A DNA stretch of 64,000 bases from Clostridia bacterium (GTDB taxonomy: Bacteria > CBDUZB01 > JAGLHV01): the NCBI GenBank assembly GCA_030637025.1, contig DAOVVV010000007.1, positions 1 to 64,000 of the forward strand, in the 5' to 3' direction. Made by a program: the position numbers and the translations under genes. A model generated the notes under the pieces. The model did not search any database. It had not been told where the DNA came from and saw nothing but the letters and a program-made list of their open reading frames with translations. This document shows, piece by piece, positions 28,080 to 38,396 of the stretch; position 1 is the first letter of the stretch; the number at the start of each line of letters is the position of its first letter.

Positions 28080-29054
28080 ATGATGAGATATCGATTAATA
28101 TTTAAGAAATTAATAAGTGTTTTTTTCCTCTTGGTTTTATTAACAAGTTGTCTTTCAGCAAAAGATAAAGTTTTAAAGTTAATGGTGGGAGAATCCACGG
28201 TACTTAAAGTTGCCTATTCCATAAAAAAAATAGCTATTGGTAATCCTCTGGTAGCAGATGTTACCATGGTTTCCAAAAAAGAAATATTAATCAATGGAAC
28301 GGGTAGCGGGACTACTTCTTTACTGGTATGGAATAATAATGGCAGGCAAGAAAAATATTATGTGCAAGTATTGCATTCGTTACTTCCTAAACCATTAATT
28401 CAACTACAGGTTCAGGTAATAGAAATGAAAACCGGTTCACTTAAAAAGTTGGGTATTCAATGGGTAGATACTATTTCTTTCGGGGAAGAGAATATTCCCG
28501 GCGTTTTTGATTTAGGCACTATTGAGCGAATGACCAAGCTTACAGCCAGTTTAAACATGCTGCTTCAATCAGGGGAAGCACGTATTTTAGCAAAGCCAAA
28601 TCTGGTATCTGTAAGCGGAGGGAAAGCGGATTTTCATGTAGGAGGAGAAATTCCTTTTCTCGTTCCTCAGGAAGAAGGCAGAACTACTGTGGAATGGAAG
28701 CAATATGGAATAAGTCTGAATATTAGCCCTGTTGGTGACGAAGTAAAAAAAATAATTGCTTCAGGGATTACAGTTAGTTTAAGTTTGTTAGATTACGACA
28801 ATGCCGTAAAAATGGAAGGATATTTAATTCCGGCTATTACCCAGAGGAAAGCCGGTACGCAAGTACAGGTTCCTGCCGGAGCTACTATTGTGATTGCAGG
28901 ACTAAAGCAGACAATAGAGCAAAAAAGAGAACAGAAAGTGCCTGTTTTAGGAGATATTCCTTTGTTGAAATATTTTTTTAAAGTGGCTGATTTTGATAAA
29001 GGAAGTACAGAGGTTACTGTGTTTATTACCCCAACTTTCCTGAAGATCAATTAA
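28080..29054 (+). CDS. cpaC: Flp pilus secretin CpaC/RcpA
   Basis: IAIGNPLVADV pilus-formation N-domain; ARILAKPNL, GGEIP, VPVLGDIPLL...FITP secretin motifs. Confidence 0.9.
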   Translation: MMRYRLIFKKLISVFFLLVLLTSCLSAKDKVLKLMVGESTVLKVAYSIKKIAIGNPLVADVTMVSKKEILINGTGSGTTSLLVWNNNGRQEKYYVQVLHSLLPKPLIQLQVQVIEMKTGSLKKLGIQWVDTISFGEENIPGVFDLGTIERMTKLTASLNMLLQSGEARILAKPNLVSVSGGKADFHVGGEIPFLVPQEEGRTTVEWKQYGISLNISPVGDEVKKIIASGITVSLSLLDYDNAVKMEGYLIPAITQRKAGTQVQVPAGATIVIAGLKQTIEQKREQKVPVLGDIPLLKYFFKVADFDKGSTEVTVFITPTFLKIN

Positions 29055-29129
29055 GGAGTAAAGAAAGAGAAAGAGTTTGTTGATTTTTCCTAAGTTTAAA
29101 ACAAAACTGTTTCCTTAGATAATATAAAA

Positions 29130-31679
29130 ATGACTAAAATTAATCCGGATCAAGTTTTACCTTTAGTAAGAAAGCCTTCGCGATATACTAATTTTGAATG
29201 GAATAGTATACATAAAAAGGGAAGAAATCTTTTGAGATTTTGTTTGTGCTTTCCCGATCTTTACGAAATTGGCATGTCCAATCTGGGAATGCAGATTTTA
29301 TATAATATTATTAATTTTCGTAATGATGTGTTTTGTGAGCGGGTCTATGCTCCGGATGTAGATTTAGAAAAAATTTTGCGCAAAAAAGATAGTCCTCTTT
29401 TTTCTTTGGAGACAAAAAAATCCTTAAGAGAATTTGATGTTTTAGGATTTTCCATCCCTTGTGAATTAAATTATACCAATATTTTAAATATTCTTGCTTT
29501 AGCAAAAATACCGTTATATTCCAGAGAGCGGGAAAAAGGATTTCCCTTGATTATTGCCGGTGGGTTTGCAGTTTGTAATCCGGAACCGATAGCTGATTTC
29601 ATAGATGCTTTTATTCTGGGAGAAGGAGAAGAAGTTATAGGAGAAGTGATTGATGAGTTTTCTAAAATAGGATATAAAAAACAAAATTCAAAAAAAGAAA
29701 TATTACTGCACTTAAGTAAGATTCCGGGGGTATATATCCCTTCTTTTTATAGTGCAAATTATAAAAAAAACGGCATTCTTAAAAGTATTATTCCCAATCA
29801 GGAAAATATTCCGGAAAAAATAAGTAAAAGAGTAGTGGATTTAGAAAAAGCTCCTTTTCCTCTCCGTCCTTTAGTTCCCCTGATGGATGTTGTGCATAAT
29901 CGGTTAACTTTAGAAATTCAGCGCGGTTGTACCCGGGGATGTAGGTTTTGTCAGGCAGGAATGATTTTGCGTCCCAGAAGAGAAAGAAGTAAAAAGAAAT
30001 TAATGAAGATTACCGAAGAATGTTTGAGAAATACGGGATTTAAAGAGATTTCATTGCTGTCACTCTCTACCAGTGATTATACTCAGATTTTAGATTTGCT
30101 GGATTCCCTTGATAATAAATATAAAGACGAAAGAATATCTATTTCTCTTCCTTCGTTAAGAAGTGACTGTTTTTTTCCTGTTTTAGCAGGACATTTACCA
30201 AAGGTTAAAAAAACAGCCTTGACTTTTGCTCCTGAAGCGGGGAGTCAAAGATTGCGGGATATTATTAATAAAGGAATTACGGAAGAAGATATATTTTCTT
30301 CTATTGATTGTGCTGTACAATATGGCTGGAAGAAAATTAAGTTGTATTTTATGATTGGATTGCCTTTTGAAGAAGATGAAGATATCCAGGCAATAGAGTT
30401 ATTAGTAAAAAAAATTAAGAAGAAACACCCCTTTCTGAATCTTAATTTCACGGTTTCTTTTTTTGTTCCTAAGGCCCATACCCCTTTTCAATGGGTGGCC
30501 CAGGAAAGACAGGAAGAGTTAATAAGAAAAAAAACATATTTAAGTAAGGTCTTGCCGGGCAAGGTAAAAACATCGCAGGTCGAAAGTAGTTTTTTGGAAG
30601 CTGTGTTTGCCCGGGGGGATAGGAGGTTGGGGAAGGTTATAGAAGAAGCTTATCTTAGGGGATGCCGGTTAGACCAGTGGAGGGAACATTTTCAATTTAT
30701 TCTCTGGAAGGAAGCGTTTGATAAAACAGGGATAGATCCGGCAAGTTACAATCAAAGGACGAGAGATTCCAAAGAATTATTTTGCTGGGACCATTTGGAT
30801 TTCGGAGTGGAAAAGGAATTTTTGCGAAGAGAATATCAAAAAGCTAAAAAAGGGAAAACAACGGGTGATTGTTATCAGGAAAAATGTAATGATTGCGGAT
30901 TGAACAAAAAAATGGATAACAATATGATTTATAATATAAAGGTAAAAAATAAAAAGACCAGGGTAATTTCAACAACAAAGAAAAAGAAGAAAACAATAGA
31001 AAATGAAGTTTTTGTTGAAAAAAAAGTACAAAAAATAAGGATTAAATTAAAAAAAGGGAAACAAATAAAATATATTTCCCATTTAGGATTTATAGATAAT
31101 TTGCGAAAAGCATTGCGTAGAGCAAGGTTGCCTTTTGTTTATTCGCATAAATTTAATCCTCAAATAAAAGTTTCTTTTAGTCCTGCTTTACCGGTAGGAT
31201 ATATTAGTGATATGGAATTTATGGATGTAGAATTAACTCAAAAGTTGGATTTAAGAGAGATAAAGAAAAAAATAACAATACAGTTGCCTGTCGGTATGAA
31301 GCTGTCGGGAATAAAAGAAATTATCCTTTCCAGCCCTTCTTTAGAGTCATTGATTGATAGGGCCGAATATATTATTAAAGGGACGAAGATTAAAAGTAAA
31401 ACAGCAGATAAAATAAAAGAGTTTTTATCAAAAGAAGAAGTGTTGATAACCAAACAGACAAAAAAGGGATATAAAAAAATAAATATATGTCCATTAGTTT
31501 TTAGCATAAACTGTGATAATAAAGGGGTAATAAATTTAGTTTTATGCTGTGGACAGGGGGGGCAGATAAAACCGGAGGTAGTTATCAGGGAGATTTTTAA
31601 TTTAAATGATGAAGAGACGAAGACTTTAAATATAAAAAGAATAAAATTATTTAATAGTTCGGGAACAACTATTTTTTAA
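29130..31679 (+). CDS. TIGR03960-type B12-binding radical SAM protein fused to a TIGR03936 (DUF2344) domain
   Basis: FPDLYEIGMSNLG, CTRGCRFCQAG CxxxCxxC, PKAHTPFQW; C-terminal YISHL...RRARLP...FNP. Confidence 0.92.
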   Translation: MTKINPDQVLPLVRKPSRYTNFEWNSIHKKGRNLLRFCLCFPDLYEIGMSNLGMQILYNIINFRNDVFCERVYAPDVDLEKILRKKDSPLFSLETKKSLREFDVLGFSIPCELNYTNILNILALAKIPLYSREREKGFPLIIAGGFAVCNPEPIADFIDAFILGEGEEVIGEVIDEFSKIGYKKQNSKKEILLHLSKIPGVYIPSFYSANYKKNGILKSIIPNQENIPEKISKRVVDLEKAPFPLRPLVPLMDVVHNRLTLEIQRGCTRGCRFCQAGMILRPRRERSKKKLMKITEECLRNTGFKEISLLSLSTSDYTQILDLLDSLDNKYKDERISISLPSLRSDCFFPVLAGHLPKVKKTALTFAPEAGSQRLRDIINKGITEEDIFSSIDCAVQYGWKKIKLYFMIGLPFEEDEDIQAIELLVKKIKKKHPFLNLNFTVSFFVPKAHTPFQWVAQERQEELIRKKTYLSKVLPGKVKTSQVESSFLEAVFARGDRRLGKVIEEAYLRGCRLDQWREHFQFILWKEAFDKTGIDPASYNQRTRDSKELFCWDHLDFGVEKEFLRREYQKAKKGKTTGDCYQEKCNDCGLNKKMDNNMIYNIKVKNKKTRVISTTKKKKKTIENEVFVEKKVQKIRIKLKKGKQIKYISHLGFIDNLRKALRRARLPFVYSHKFNPQIKVSFSPALPVGYISDMEFMDVELTQKLDLREIKKKITIQLPVGMKLSGIKEIILSSPSLESLIDRAEYIIKGTKIKSKTADKIKEFLSKEEVLITKQTKKGYKKINICPLVFSINCDNKGVINLVLCCGQGGQIKPEVVIREIFNLNDEETKTLNIKRIKLFNSSGTTIF

Positions 31680-31721
31680 AATTTATAGATGGTTTTTAAT
31701 GAATTAGATAGGGAGGTATAA

Positions 31722-33137
31722 TTGGACAGAGAAATAATAGTTAATTGTAATGAAGAAGAGATTAGAATTGCTATTTTAGAAAAAGAGAAACCTGTAGAAT
31801 TTTTCATAGAGAGGGGAGAAGAAAAAAAAATAGTGGGAAATATTTACAAGGGAATAATAGCAAACATTCTGCCGGGAATTCAATCAGCTTTTGTTAATAT
31901 CGGTTTGGAGAAAAATGCTTATTTAGATTTTTCGCATATAAAGGAAGCCGACAGGAAAAAATTGGTTACCGGAAAAGAAATTATTGTCCAGGTAATTAAG
32001 GAAGCTATTGGAACGAAAGGAGTTAAAGTTTCTAATCTTATTTCTTTGCCGGGGAGATCCCTTGTGTATATCCCTGACAGCAAAAAGATAGGCGTTTCTC
32101 AGCTTATTACGGATAAGAGCGAAAGAAAAAGATTAAGAGAAATAATGAGCAGTATTTTGTCGGGCAATGACGGCTGTATTATTCGGACGGAAGCAGAAGG
32201 TGCTGTTATAAGTGATTTAAAACGCGAGACTAGATTTTTAACTAATTTGTGGAAATCTATTACTAACCGATACCGCGTATTTTCTGCACCTGCTTTACTG
32301 CACAAAGATTTGAGAATTATATTCAAAGTAATAAGGGATATGTTGTCTTTAAATGTAGATTTGTTTTTAATTGATTCTTCCAAGGAGTATGAAGCTGTTT
32401 TAGAATTTGTCAGTTTAGTCCTTCCTCATCTGAAAAAGAAAATAATTCTTTACCAGGATAAAACTCCCATATTCGAAAAATATAATTTAGAAAAAGAAAT
32501 AAAAAAGGTAAAAAAACCCAGAGTGAATTTGCCTTCCGGAGGGCATATTATTATTCAGGAAACAGAAGCTCTATGCGCTGTTGATGTAAATAGCGGCCGT
32601 TTTGTGGGTAAGAAAAATTCCGAAGAAACAGCTCTGGCAGTTAATTTAGAAGCAGCAGTGGTTATTGCCCGCCAATTAAGGCTGAGAAATATCGGGGGAA
32701 TTATTATTATGGATTTTGTTAGTATGCGCTACCGAAAAAATAACGAGAAAGTAATTACCATTTTACAAAAAAACATAAAAGCGGATAAAGCAAAAATTAA
32801 AATAGTTCCTGTAACTAGTTTGGGTGTAGTGGCAATGACCCGGGAAAGAAAAAGAGAAAGTATTATTAATGTGTTGTGTGATACCTGTTCCTATTGCGGG
32901 GGTATAGGCAAGATAACTTCGATAAAAACTATAAGCATAGAAATTAAAAGGGAAATTATTCAAATGGCTAAAACTCCGGGAATAGCAGGGGTTAGGGTAA
33001 CTTTATCTTCCCAGGCAGCAAATTATTTTTCCGGAGAAATAATAAAAAAATTGGAAGAAAAAACAGGAAGAAAAATAAAGGTGAAATCTAATTCGAAAAT
33101 GCAGATAGACGATTACAGTATTAGTCCCTGGATATAG
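31722..33137 (+). CDS. rng: Ribonuclease E/G (Rne/Rng family)
   Basis: VGNIYKG S1 domain, DVNSGRF, ARQLRLRNIGGIIIMDF, CSYC; TTG start after an RBS. Confidence 0.93.
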   Translation: MDREIIVNCNEEEIRIAILEKEKPVEFFIERGEEKKIVGNIYKGIIANILPGIQSAFVNIGLEKNAYLDFSHIKEADRKKLVTGKEIIVQVIKEAIGTKGVKVSNLISLPGRSLVYIPDSKKIGVSQLITDKSERKRLREIMSSILSGNDGCIIRTEAEGAVISDLKRETRFLTNLWKSITNRYRVFSAPALLHKDLRIIFKVIRDMLSLNVDLFLIDSSKEYEAVLEFVSLVLPHLKKKIILYQDKTPIFEKYNLEKEIKKVKKPRVNLPSGGHIIIQETEALCAVDVNSGRFVGKKNSEETALAVNLEAAVVIARQLRLRNIGGIIIMDFVSMRYRKNNEKVITILQKNIKADKAKIKIVPVTSLGVVAMTRERKRESIINVLCDTCSYCGGIGKITSIKTISIEIKREIIQMAKTPGIAGVRVTLSSQAANYFSGEIIKKLEEKTGRKIKVKSNSKMQIDDYSISPWI

Positions 33138-33154
33138 GTGGTCATTAAAGATTC

Positions 33155-33385
33155 ACAGTCGATAGATAAAGATAAATGCAAAGAATAAAGACAGTCCATC
33201 GTCCACAGTCGATAGTCCATAGACAACAGATAAAAAATAAATTCAAAACAAAAAACTAAAAACAGGCACAAAGGCATCAAGGCACAGAGGCACAAAGTTA
33301 AAACAAAAGACAAAGAATAACAACAAAGACTACAGACAGTCCATAGTCCACAGTCGATAGTCCATAGATAGAGATAAAAAATAAA
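33155..33385. repeat. Cluster of short tandem 7-8-mer repeats containing a 34-bp near-exact duplication
   Basis: gacagtccat(c/a)gtccacagtcgatagtccataga at 33190-33223 and 33335-33368; aggcac(a/t)(a/g)-like 8-mers between them. Confidence 0.75.
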
Positions 33386-33430
33386 TACTAAATTCGAAAT
33401 TCTAAAAAGTGGGCTGGTCTATTTATATTC

Positions 33431-34321
33431 CTATTTTGTTCGTTCATTTTTTTTATAAGTACTTGTTTTAAAACTTTGAGCATATCGTTTTACTGTTTCG
33501 GCGACAGATAATACTTCAATTGGATTGGTGAATTGACGGTATTGGTTAGTTGCTATGCCGATTGCTATAGAGACAACGGAAAAGCCTTGTTTTATATCTT
33601 CCGGGGTATAAAAAGAAAAAACACTCTGGTCAAAATCTTCAATAATGGAAGAACATATATTATCTGCTTTTTTAGGTGTGGTTATTATGATGAACTTATC
33701 TCTGCCGGGATGGCCAATGAAGTCATCAAAAGTTCCTTCCTTACTTATAGCTTTGTTTATTATTTTTGCTGTCTGACAGATAAGCCTATTACCTTTTAAA
33801 TGCCCGTATTTATCATTATAGCTTTTAAAATTATTTAAATCCATGGAACAGACTGCATATTTTAAATTTTTGTTTATTTTATTGTTGATTTCATGTTCAA
33901 TAGAATGATTTCCCGGTAAACCGGTCAAAGGATTACTTTCTTTTTTTATGGAGGAATAATAAAGAATTTTTTCTATTCTTAGTAATAATTCCTGTAAATC
34001 GAAAGGTTTAGTAAGATAATCATCCGCACCTGCTTTTATACCCTCAATTTTATCGTCATAAGAAGTTTTAGCGCTTAACATAATAATAGGCAATGAATGA
34101 GTTTCTTCGTTCTGCCTTAATTCTTTGCATATAGTTAAACCATTCCTTTCGGGCATGCGTATATCCAGTAAAGTTAAATCAGGTAATTCTTCTTTGGCTT
34201 TAATCAATCCTTCTTTCCCCCCAAAAGCAGTGGAAACAGTAAAACCTTTGCTCAGTAGATATTTTTCAATAAATTCAACTATGTGAACTTCATCATCTAT
34301 AATTAATATTTTTTGTTTCAC
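33431..34321 (-). CDS. Response regulator with degenerate GGDEF domain
   Basis: REC (LLDIRMP); NPLTGLPGN, DLNNFKSYNDKYGH; active-site motif reads GRDKF. Confidence 0.88.
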   Translation of the reverse strand: MKQKILIIDDEVHIVEFIEKYLLSKGFTVSTAFGGKEGLIKAKEELPDLTLLDIRMPERNGLTICKELRQNEETHSLPIIMLSAKTSYDDKIEGIKAGADDYLTKPFDLQELLLRIEKILYYSSIKKESNPLTGLPGNHSIEHEINNKINKNLKYAVCSMDLNNFKSYNDKYGHLKGNRLICQTAKIINKAISKEGTFDDFIGHPGRDKFIIITTPKKADNICSSIIEDFDQSVFSFYTPEDIKQGFSVVSIAIGIATNQYRQFTNPIEVLSVAETVKRYAQSFKTSTYKKNERTK

Positions 34322-34363
34322 TATTTTTCCTTTTAAATAAAATTTTTCGATTTCTTTTTAGTA

Positions 34364-36853
34364 TTAATGGATATCAAGTATCTTTTTTATTTTTTGAGAC
34401 AATAATTCATAATCAAAAGGTTTGACAAGGTATTCAGAAGCACCGGAAGTATAACCGGTTAATTTATTTTTAATCTGGCCTAAAGCAGTGAGCATAATTA
34501 TGGGAATAAAATGAGTTTTGTCATCTTTCCATAATTCCTGGCAAACTTCATATCCATTCATTTTCGGCATAAGGACATCTAAGATGATAACATCGGGAAA
34601 TTCTTTTTTTGCTTTGGCTAATCCTTCTTCCCCGTTATAAGCGGTCACAACCTGGTAATTGTCATTTTCCAATCTGATTTGTAATGACCTTACTACCCCC
34701 GGCTCGTCATCAACTAAAAGAATTTTTTTTGGTTTTGATTTTTCTCCCTTATCTGTTGTGGCAGAAAAAGGTTGAATTTCAGAGGTAAAAATACCGGGCT
34801 TATATTTAGGCAGGGTAAAGATAAATTTAGTGCCTTTTCCTAATTGACTTTCTACCTGTATTTTACCGGAATGCAATTGGATAATATCTTTGGTTATCGG
34901 CAGTCCTAATCCTGCTCCCTGGAAAAAAGTATCGTTGTTTTGGTTAATTCGTTTAAATTTTTCAAAAATTTTATTAAAATTTTCAGGTGCTATTCCTATT
35001 CCGGTATCCTGAACGGTTGTTTCTATTAAATCATTTTTTTCCCGGATAGAAATAGTGATACTTTTATTAACCGGGGTGAATTTGACGGCATTTCCGATTA
35101 AATTGGTAAAGACCTGAGTAATTTTATCAGAATCTGCGTATATAGGAGGTAAAGTAAGGGGAAAATCGGTATTGAGGGTAATATTTTTTTTACTGGTTTC
35201 GGATTTAAAAGAGGTAACCACTTTTTCCACAAGAGGGGGAAGATCTAAAGTTATTTTATTCAATTGCATTCTTCCTGTTTCAATTCTGGATAAATCCAGG
35301 AGATTAGATATTATTCTTGCTAAGCGATGGATACTATCTTCAATAATGAGTAAATATTCTCTCTGTTCTTTATTAATTTTTCCGGATATTTCATCTAACA
35401 TAATAGAAGCAAAACCTTTCATATTAGTTAAGGGAGTACGTAATTCGTGAGAAATGATGGAGATAAATTCCATTTTCATTTGTTCTAAATTTTTTTCTTT
35501 AGTAATATCTCTGAGCAAAGTTACTATTCCTAATTTTTCTTCTTTATGATTTTTAACCTGGGAAAGAGTTACTTTTAGATGAGTATTGGCGGGTGGGGAT
35601 AACTTTATCTCTTTAGTAATAGGGGAAGAACTAATTATTTTAGAATATAATCCGGATAAGTATAAGTTTTTGAATTTATTCCATTGATGGGTTTTCTTTT
35701 CCTGTGAATCGGAATCAGAGGGTATTCCAATTAGTTTTTTAGCCATGGGATTAAGAAAAATTAATTTTCCTTCTTCGTTAGTCATAATTACTCCTTCGAT
35801 CATACTTTTTACCATTGACTCCATTTTGCTTTTTTCTTCAGCCATAAGCGATTCTATTTCTTTAGTTCGCTTTTCTACTTTTTTTTCAAGAGAAATGCTG
35901 TATTCTTTAATTTCTTTTTCTGCTTTTCGCAGATCCTTAACTAACGCTTTTATTGTACGCATATCTCTGGCGATTCCCACAATTGCTGTTATTTTGCCTG
36001 ATTCATCGGTTATTGTAGAAGCATTAAAGTTGACAGGTATTTCCTCGTTTTTTTTTGTTAAAAAAGTCAGGTCACAATCTCTGATCGCTCCTTTTCGGGA
36101 TAAATTGTTTAATAGCGATTCATCTAAAAATGTTTTATTACTAAAAATAATATTTGCCGGCTGTCCGATAAGAGCATCTTTTTCATATTTCAGCAAGTTT
36201 AAAGTTGCCGGATTGACTGTTTTTATTTTATTATCAGGGTCTACTACAATTAAGCAATCAAGCATACCCTCGATTATATTGGAAATGTAATCTTTGCTTT
36301 TATATAGTTCCCGGCTTTTATTTTTAAATTTAATTTCGTAGTTCTTTTCCAGGTCTACTACTTTTTTAAAAAGAGTAGCGATTACGAAAAATATGCTTAT
36401 TTTCAATAGCAACCAACCAAAATGTGTGGCCTGTAAACTTTTTATTTCTCCAAGATGAAAGCAAACCAGAATAGTGCTTATTGCTAAAGTGGCCAGTAGT
36501 AATGTTTTTTTTGTGCAAATTAAACTTATGGTAATTAAAGGGAAAATAAACATTATCCACAAATTTGATTTATATCCCCCGGTATAATAGATTAATAATG
36601 TAATAAGAAAAATATTGGAAAGGCCGATAAAGGTTTTACTTACTAATAATGCTTTGTTTCGAAGCAATGATTTGATACTTATGATATTAAAAAAAATAAT
36701 TGTTAAAATTACTGAAAACACCTGAGGAAATATAGAAAGTTCTATATCTCTTAAAATTAGAAGTAACGGCCAGATAAATCCCAATAGTAGCCCCATATAT
36801 TTATAAAGTACATTCAATAAAGAAAAATCATTTTTGAAATTATTCTGCTGCAT
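34364..36853 (-). CDS. Membrane hybrid sensor histidine kinase (TM-PAS-PAS-HisKA-HATPase-REC)
   Basis: Multi-TM N-terminus; SHELRTPL H-box, NLIGNAVKFT, DTGIGI, GAGLGL; C-terminal REC ILDVLMP. Confidence 0.93.
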   Translation of the reverse strand: MQQNNFKNDFSLLNVLYKYMGLLLGFIWPLLLILRDIELSIFPQVFSVILTIIFFNIISIKSLLRNKALLVSKTFIGLSNIFLITLLIYYTGGYKSNLWIMFIFPLITISLICTKKTLLLATLAISTILVCFHLGEIKSLQATHFGWLLLKISIFFVIATLFKKVVDLEKNYEIKFKNKSRELYKSKDYISNIIEGMLDCLIVVDPDNKIKTVNPATLNLLKYEKDALIGQPANIIFSNKTFLDESLLNNLSRKGAIRDCDLTFLTKKNEEIPVNFNASTITDESGKITAIVGIARDMRTIKALVKDLRKAEKEIKEYSISLEKKVEKRTKEIESLMAEEKSKMESMVKSMIEGVIMTNEEGKLIFLNPMAKKLIGIPSDSDSQEKKTHQWNKFKNLYLSGLYSKIISSSPITKEIKLSPPANTHLKVTLSQVKNHKEEKLGIVTLLRDITKEKNLEQMKMEFISIISHELRTPLTNMKGFASIMLDEISGKINKEQREYLLIIEDSIHRLARIISNLLDLSRIETGRMQLNKITLDLPPLVEKVVTSFKSETSKKNITLNTDFPLTLPPIYADSDKITQVFTNLIGNAVKFTPVNKSITISIREKNDLIETTVQDTGIGIAPENFNKIFEKFKRINQNNDTFFQGAGLGLPITKDIIQLHSGKIQVESQLGKGTKFIFTLPKYKPGIFTSEIQPFSATTDKGEKSKPKKILLVDDEPGVVRSLQIRLENDNYQVVTAYNGEEGLAKAKKEFPDVIILDVLMPKMNGYEVCQELWKDDKTHFIPIIMLTALGQIKNKLTGYTSGASEYLVKPFDYELLSQKIKKILDIH

Positions 36854-36932
36854 AAATTAATTCTCCTTGCTGAATTTATTTTTTTCCTGTGTACAATGAA
36901 AACAGCGAAAGCGTCCTTTAAATTCTGATTTT

Positions 36933-38381
36933 TCATAATTGACCCTTTTCTTTTTTTAATTTATTTAATTCTTTAAATAAATCTTGTTTTTTTATTGGTT
37001 TTATGATGAAATTTTTATTGCCCCAGTCAAAAACCAATGTTTTGGTTTTTGAAGAGGAAATGACAATAATAGGGATAGACATAGTTTTGGGATTATTTTT
37101 TAAATCTCTCAGTATTTTTCCCTGCTCGGATTCTGCAGTCATAATATCCAGTATAATAGCAAAAGGGTTGGTATGAACAGGTTGTTTCAATGCTTCCTCT
37201 TTAGTTAAACAACCGACAACCTGATATTCTGTTTCTTTGGTAAAATTGCAAATTCGCCTGATAACTGCCGGATTAATATCGATAACCAAAATATTTTTTT
37301 TAGTTTCTTTTTGCAAGGCTGTTGGTTGATAAGGGAGGGTAAGAATAAAGGAAAAATCGTTGTTGGAGATATTTTTTATTTCCAGAGTTCCTCCTATAGA
37401 TTCTGTTAAAGTTTTCGCAAGGTTTAAATTTATAGTTACTTCGTCATATTCGTGAGCAGAGAACTGGTGGGCTGTTTTAAAAGGAGTAAAAGTAAAATTT
37501 TTACGGAGGGGATTTATTAATAAAGGGATTATACCGATTTTTATTGTTTTTTTACAGGCAACGTTTAAAATAGAAATAATGAATTGTCCCGGGGAAGACA
37601 ATTTAATAGTATAATCTATTATGTTAGTTAGAATTTGTTTTATATGTGATTTATCACTAATAATAAAAGGTAAATTTGGGTCAATATGAATTTTAGCAGC
37701 GAGGTTTTTTTCTTTTAATAAAGGATTTGCTTCTATAATTATTTCTGCCAGGATATTTTTTATTTTAATTTTTTCCCAGTGAGGAACCATTTTATTAAGA
37801 GTAATATTGGATAAATCCAGAAGATTATTAATCATCTGTAATAACTTTTTAGAATTAATATTTATTTTATTTAAAATTTGGTGTTGTGGGGAGATTTGTT
37901 GACCATTCGGGTTATTTAATAAAAAAGTTGTTTGATCAACAATGGCATTAATCGATGTTTTTAAATTATAGTTTGTATCAGTAAATATAGAGGGGTGGAT
38001 TTGTTTAGCCGCTATCCTTTTTTTTATACACCGTTCAACCGTTGCATTAAGATGGGAAAGGTCAAAAGGTTTACTTATGTAATCGTAACTTCCTAAACGC
38101 ATGGCTTTTACTGCTGTTTCAATAGTTGCATATCCGGTAAGAATAATAGTATCAGTGTTTATGTTGTTTTTTTTAATATCTTTTAATACTTCCAAGCCGT
38201 TAATGCCGGGCATTTTTAAATCAAGTAAAACAAGGTCAAAAAAGTTACTGTGTAACATGGTTAAACCTTCTTTTCCGTTTTTAGCTGATTCTACATGATA
38301 ATATTTTTGCCGAAGAAGTTTGCTGCAAAGCTCCCTTATCTCAAATTCATCATCAATTACCAGAATATTCGCTTTATTCAT
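36933..38381 (-). CDS. REC-degenerate HisKA/HATPase-REC protein (probable pseudokinase)
   Basis: Intact N-terminal REC; H-box reads NYNLKTSINAI (no His); N-box NIIDYTIK; G-boxes missing; degenerate C-terminal REC. Confidence 0.8.
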   Translation of the reverse strand: MNKANILVIDDEFEIRELCSKLLRQKYYHVESAKNGKEGLTMLHSNFFDLVLLDLKMPGINGLEVLKDIKKNNINTDTIILTGYATIETAVKAMRLGSYDYISKPFDLSHLNATVERCIKKRIAAKQIHPSIFTDTNYNLKTSINAIVDQTTFLLNNPNGQQISPQHQILNKININSKKLLQMINNLLDLSNITLNKMVPHWEKIKIKNILAEIIIEANPLLKEKNLAAKIHIDPNLPFIISDKSHIKQILTNIIDYTIKLSSPGQFIISILNVACKKTIKIGIIPLLINPLRKNFTFTPFKTAHQFSAHEYDEVTINLNLAKTLTESIGGTLEIKNISNNDFSFILTLPYQPTALQKETKKNILVIDINPAVIRRICNFTKETEYQVVGCLTKEEALKQPVHTNPFAIILDIMTAESEQGKILRDLKNNPKTMSIPIIVISSSKTKTLVFDWGNKNFIIKPIKKQDLFKELNKLKKEKGQL

Positions 38382-38396
38382 AAGTCTCCCTTTTAC

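Noticed and set aside
33113..33313. 66-aa minus-strand ORF (LCLCALMPLCL...MDYRLWTMD)
   Set aside because: It is the translation of the 7-8-mer repeat tract and not a credible protein.
33155..33385. Possible CRISPR array
   Set aside because: There are only two copies of the 34-bp block, 145 bp apart and internally periodic, with no unique spacers of regular length and no cas genes.
33431..34321. Active diguanylate cyclase or bona fide Hypr cGAMP synthase
   Set aside because: The catalytic motif is GRDKF and the specificity residue is Asn rather than Asp or Ser/Thr, so activity cannot be claimed.
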